This document shows, one piece after another, positions 1 to 1,035 of a stretch of DNA of 1,035 bases (positions within the stretch are counted from its first letter, which is position 1; each line of letters begins with the position of its first letter). Source of the DNA: Naegleria gruberi (lineage: Eukaryota); the NCBI GenBank assembly GCA_000004985.1, contig GG739603.1. The stretch is one strand, 5' to 3'. Under the pieces are notes generated by a model. It ran no database searches. It saw only the letters and a program-made list of their open reading frames with translations, and was not told the origin of the DNA. A program made the position numbers and the translations under genes.

Positions 1-69
1 AAAATCAGAAAAATAAACTTCATCATTTTGAGAAACGAATATATTATTTACAGCTGATATTGTGCATTA
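1..69 (-). other. Out-of-frame (-1) continuation of the NHL gene. A third NHL blade start is readable across and beyond the annotated stop codon and runs off the 5' edge of the window (minus-strand 3' direction).
   Basis: In the -1 frame relative to the CDS, minus-strand codons from 66 down to 1 read C-T-I-S-A-V-N-N-I-F-V-S-Q-N-D-E-V-Y-F-S-D-F, with a stop at 67-69 just upstream in that frame. This aligns with the blade starts LSHPCGVFVSLTNEVYISDF and EGVFVAPNDEVYMADI of the in-frame repeats. The DNA at 1-24 (aaaatcagaaaaataaacttcat) matches 167-189 (aaaatcagaaatataaacttcat) at 22/23 positions. The spacing is 166 nt instead of the in-frame 168-nt period, and the segment between the conserved PAINAQ and N(D)EVY codons is 29 nt here versus 36 nt in the intact repeat. 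The CDS stop at 48-50 therefore sits inside repeat-homologous sequence. Confidence 0.5.
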
Positions 70-395
70 ATTGCAGGTCCACCATCTCCACTATATCCTT
101 TAACTCCAGTTCCCACAATTGTTACAATATTGCCATTTCTTAATATTTTTCTAATTCTATAATTTCCAAAATCAGAAATATAAACTTCATTAGTTAATGA
201 AACAAATACACCACATGGATGGCTCAATTGTGCGTTAATTGCAGGATCATCATCACCACTAAATCCTTCTTCTCCAGTTCCTGCGATGGTGACTATAGTT
301 CCATCTTTTAATATTTTTCTCACCCGATGATTTTGGATATCTGCCATATAAACTTCATCATTCGGAGCAACAAATACCCCCTCTGGAGAATATAA
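1..395 (-). repeat. Intragenic tandem repeat with a 168-nt unit (one NHL blade per unit). It has two complete units (about 228-395 and 60-227) plus a partial, frame-shifted third unit (1-59).
   Basis: Unit alignment, e.g. 64-191 vs 232-359, gives about 96/128 identical nt by hand count. Shared blocks include ttaattgcagg, ctccagttcc (10/10), tttaatatttttct and ataaacttcat. The conserved PAINAQ codons lie at 60-77 and 228-245, exactly 168 nt apart. Confidence 0.75.
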
Positions 396-506
396 CATTG
401 CTTCAGTGGCTAATTTTTTATTCATCATTTTAGCCTTTTTCTTTACTTTATTTTCATCATTTTCTGATGATGAAGAACCGGATGAAGAACAAAGGCTTCG
501 TTTCAT
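48..506 (-). CDS. NHL-repeat (six-bladed beta-propeller type) protein, 152 aa as annotated. It has an N-terminal Ser/Asp/Glu/Lys-rich low-complexity tract (aa 4-31) and then two NHL blades (aa ~38-93 and ~94-149). The stop is TAA at 48-50. The gene is probably part of a longer or disrupted multi-blade gene (see feature 1..69).
   Basis: ORF-track protein has two repeats of the NHL consensus: (P)xGVFV..N(D)EVY.aDxxNhRIRKI...G.IvTIaGTG..G.sGDggPAINAQ. Specifically VFVAPNDEVYMADIQNHRVRKILKDGTIVTIAGTGEEGFSGDDDPAINAQ and VFVSLTNEVYISDFGNYRIRKILRNGNIVTIVGTGVKGYSGDGGPAINAQ. ATG at 504-506 is the first ATG after an in-frame stop (minus-strand TGA at 531-533) and sits in an A-rich context (acaaaaaaaATGa). 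Codon usage is consistently AT3-biased over the whole ORF. No Shine-Dalgarno is present, and the long ORF-free flank argues for a eukaryote. Confidence 0.72.
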   Translation of the reverse strand: MKRSLCSSSGSSSSENDENKVKKKAKMMNKKLATEAMLYSPEGVFVAPNDEVYMADIQNHRVRKILKDGTIVTIAGTGEEGFSGDDDPAINAQLSHPCGVFVSLTNEVYISDFGNYRIRKILRNGNIVTIVGTGVKGYSGDGGPAINAQYQL

Positions 507-533
507 TTTTTTTGTAAAAAATCCAAAAGATCA

Positions 534-598
534 AATGAACTGTGGTGGAATGAACTGTAATTTATATTGCAACAAGCACCAGCTCCACTTCTCATTGG
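534..598 (-). promoter_or_regulatory. Putative core promoter of the NHL gene (minus-strand sense). It has a CCAAT box (plus 594-598 ATTGG; minus reads AACCAATGA), a TATA box (plus 560-566 atttata; minus TATAAAT), and a duplicated 10-mer AATGAACTGT at 534-543 and 549-558 (minus ACAGTTCATT, Inr-like) over the expected start site.
   Basis: On the minus strand 5'->3' the order is CCAAT, then 32 nt, then TATAAAT, then ACAGTTCATT-ccacc-ACAGTTCATT, then about 28 nt, then ATG(506). CCAAT-to-TATA and TATA-to-ATG (60 nt) spacings are typical of a compact Pol II promoter. No ATG lies between the predicted start (~536-541) and ATG 506. The minus-sense CCAAT flanks match RRCCAATSR. Confidence 0.3.
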
Positions 599-707
599 TT
601 TTTGCCATTTTGGCTTGAAAGAACATTGTTTGGTTTTTGGCTGGAATTACAACTTCTTCGTTTGAGAGGTTGGAATGTTGCACTGGTGTTAATTTATTTC
701 TGTTCTG

Positions 708-878
708 ATTGGTATTGGTACAAGTAAATATTGGTTGCTAATATTGCTGTTTCATTTCCATCATTATTCGTTGAATGTTAATTAATCATTGGCTAATAAG
801 GCCAATCATCATTAGGAAGAAGAACTTAGCAAGAGCTTTATTTGAGGAGTCTAGAAGAAAGTTTCTTTTATTATTGGT
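708..878. promoter_or_regulatory. Cluster of CCAAT-box motifs. On the plus strand ATTGGT occurs at 708-713, 714-719 (direct tandem), 730-735 and 873-878, and ATTGGC at 788-793, all reading as (A/G)CCAAT in the NHL gene orientation. There is also a forward GGCCAATCA at 801-809.
   Basis: Together with 594-598 this makes six ATTGG pentamers on one strand in about 300 bp of non-coding DNA. That exceeds the roughly one or fewer expected by chance for an AT-rich sequence. Several copies have full NF-Y-type flanks (AGCCAATGA, GGCCAATCA, TACCAATCA). Confidence 0.28.
778..809. promoter_or_regulatory. Composite palindromic element. TTAATTAA (778-785, a perfect 8-bp palindrome with a homeodomain-type TAATTA core) abuts the dyad atcATTGGC-taataag-GCCAATcat (785-809). 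The dyad has 9-bp arms with 1 mismatch and a 7-nt spacer, and contains two head-to-head consensus CCAAT boxes.
   Basis: The palindromes are read directly from the sequence. Each half-site independently satisfies RRCCAATSR on its own strand. Confidence 0.3.
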
Positions 879-931
879 GAAAACAGATTATCTTTTATCC
901 AGTTCAAATGTACCAAAACCTTATTATTTTC

Positions 932-1005
932 TATAAAACTGATATCAGGATTCTCACTCTTTTAAATTGTTATAAATATTTATTTCACGGATTGTTCACA
1001 CAATG
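932..1005 (+). promoter_or_regulatory. Possible divergent (plus-strand) promoter and gene start. TATAAAA is at 932-938 and TATAAATA at 971-978. An ATG at 1003-1005 sits in a strong Kozak context (acaATGg) and opens a reading frame (MVFQPFSNLEG...) that runs off the window.
   Basis: These are sequence motifs only. The downstream ORF is just 11 codons long inside the window, so coding status cannot be assessed. Confidence 0.15.
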
Positions 1006-1035
1006 GTATTTCAACCTTTTTCTAATTTGGAAGGT

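Noticed and set aside
18-51. Tiny intron (GTAAAT at minus 51-46 to AG at minus 19-18, 34 nt) as a way to join blade 2 to blade 3
   Set aside because: The only AG available lies inside the conserved E-V codons of NDEVY, and splicing there gives the wrong phase and an immediate stop (L-L-F-F-stop). No other AG exists on the minus strand between 19 and 50. Thirty-four nt is also below typical intron sizes. No intron model repairs the frame.
48-66. Programmed -1 ribosomal frameshift joining the two frames
   Set aside because: The overlap sequence (minus: tgcacaatatcagctgtaa) has no X-XXY-YYZ slippery heptamer and no obvious downstream stem or pseudoknot. A simple indel is far more parsimonious.
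19-463. 11-mer TTCATCATTTT recurring at 19-29, 421-431 and 453-463 (9-mer at 354-362)
   Set aside because: The copies at 15-29 and 350-362 are explained by blade-repeat homology (the NDEVY codons). The two in the N-terminal tract code K-M-M-N-K and E-N-D-E-N in different contexts within A/T-rich low-complexity sequence. It could be a faint echo of a degenerate blade (ENDEN vs PNDEV), but that cannot be supported from this window.
504-506. Prokaryotic interpretation (bacterial NHL lipoprotein with MKRSLC lipobox)
   Set aside because: There is no hydrophobic h-region before Cys6 and no Shine-Dalgarno within 20 nt of the ATG. More than 500 bp of ORF-free flank is rich in TATA and CCAAT motifs. 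The sequence reads as eukaryotic.
406-618. Plus-strand ORF of 70 aa (MANFLFIILAFFFTLFSSFSDDEEPDEEQRLRFIFF...)
   Set aside because: It lies antisense to the Ser/Lys/acidic low-complexity N-terminus of the NHL gene and to its promoter. Its own composition (poly-Phe/Leu, then Asp/Glu) is the mirror image of that tract. It has no domain-like sequence and includes the duplicated 10-mer as MNCGGMNC. This is the classic shadow-ORF signature.
727-749. Short direct repeat AATATTGgtTG / AATATTGcTG
   Set aside because: It is only 7 exact bases in AT-rich DNA and is within chance expectation. It is noted only because it overlaps one ATTGGT motif.
850-870. Heat-shock-element-like tctaGAAgaaagTTTCtttt
   Set aside because: The GAA and TTC units are spaced GAAnnnTTC (3-nt gap) and the alternating 5-bp nGAAn/nTTCn register is not kept. 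It is just a short imperfect inverted repeat (agaaa-g-tttct) in AT-rich DNA.

Overview
This window looks eukaryotic and is AT-rich. It contains one convincing protein-coding region on the minus strand (48..506) and about 530 bp of ORF-free sequence (507..1035) that looks like 5' flanking and promoter DNA. I see no prokaryotic operon structure and no Shine-Dalgarno upstream of the ATG. There is no CRISPR array, no RNA gene and no mobile-element signature.

The CDS encodes a 152-aa protein with a Ser/acidic/Lys-rich low-complexity N-terminus followed by two textbook NHL-type beta-propeller blades. At the DNA level the blades are tandem copies with a 168-nt period, and I count roughly 75% nucleotide identity by hand. 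A third blade unit follows immediately in the -1 frame across the annotated stop codon (the protein would read ...CTISAVNNIFVSQNDEVYFSDF, running off the window). The NHL gene is therefore probably longer than the ORF track suggests. It is either truncated by a real 1-nt indel, mis-assembled, or part of a longer gene that continues beyond base 1.

Upstream of the ATG I can read a coherent RNA polymerase II-type core promoter on the minus strand. It has a consensus CCAAT box about 90 nt upstream of the ATG, a TATAAAT box 32 nt downstream of that, and a perfectly duplicated 10-mer (AATGAACTGT, twice, 15 nt apart) over the expected start site. The first ATG after an in-frame stop has an A-rich Kozak context. 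Further upstream, ATTGG(T) (CCAAT on the gene strand) is over-represented, and there is a head-to-head pair of consensus CCAAT boxes forming a 9-bp dyad next to a TTAATTAA palindrome. The right-hand end carries plus-strand TATA boxes and a strong-Kozak ATG at 1003 that might start a divergent gene.

I cannot identify the organism. Codon usage (GGA, AGA, ATT, AAA, CCA) would fit a nematode or another AT-rich invertebrate or protist. I found no evidence of a novel defence or mobile system. The open question most worth checking is the frame-broken, internally duplicated NHL propeller gene and its compact, motif-rich promoter.
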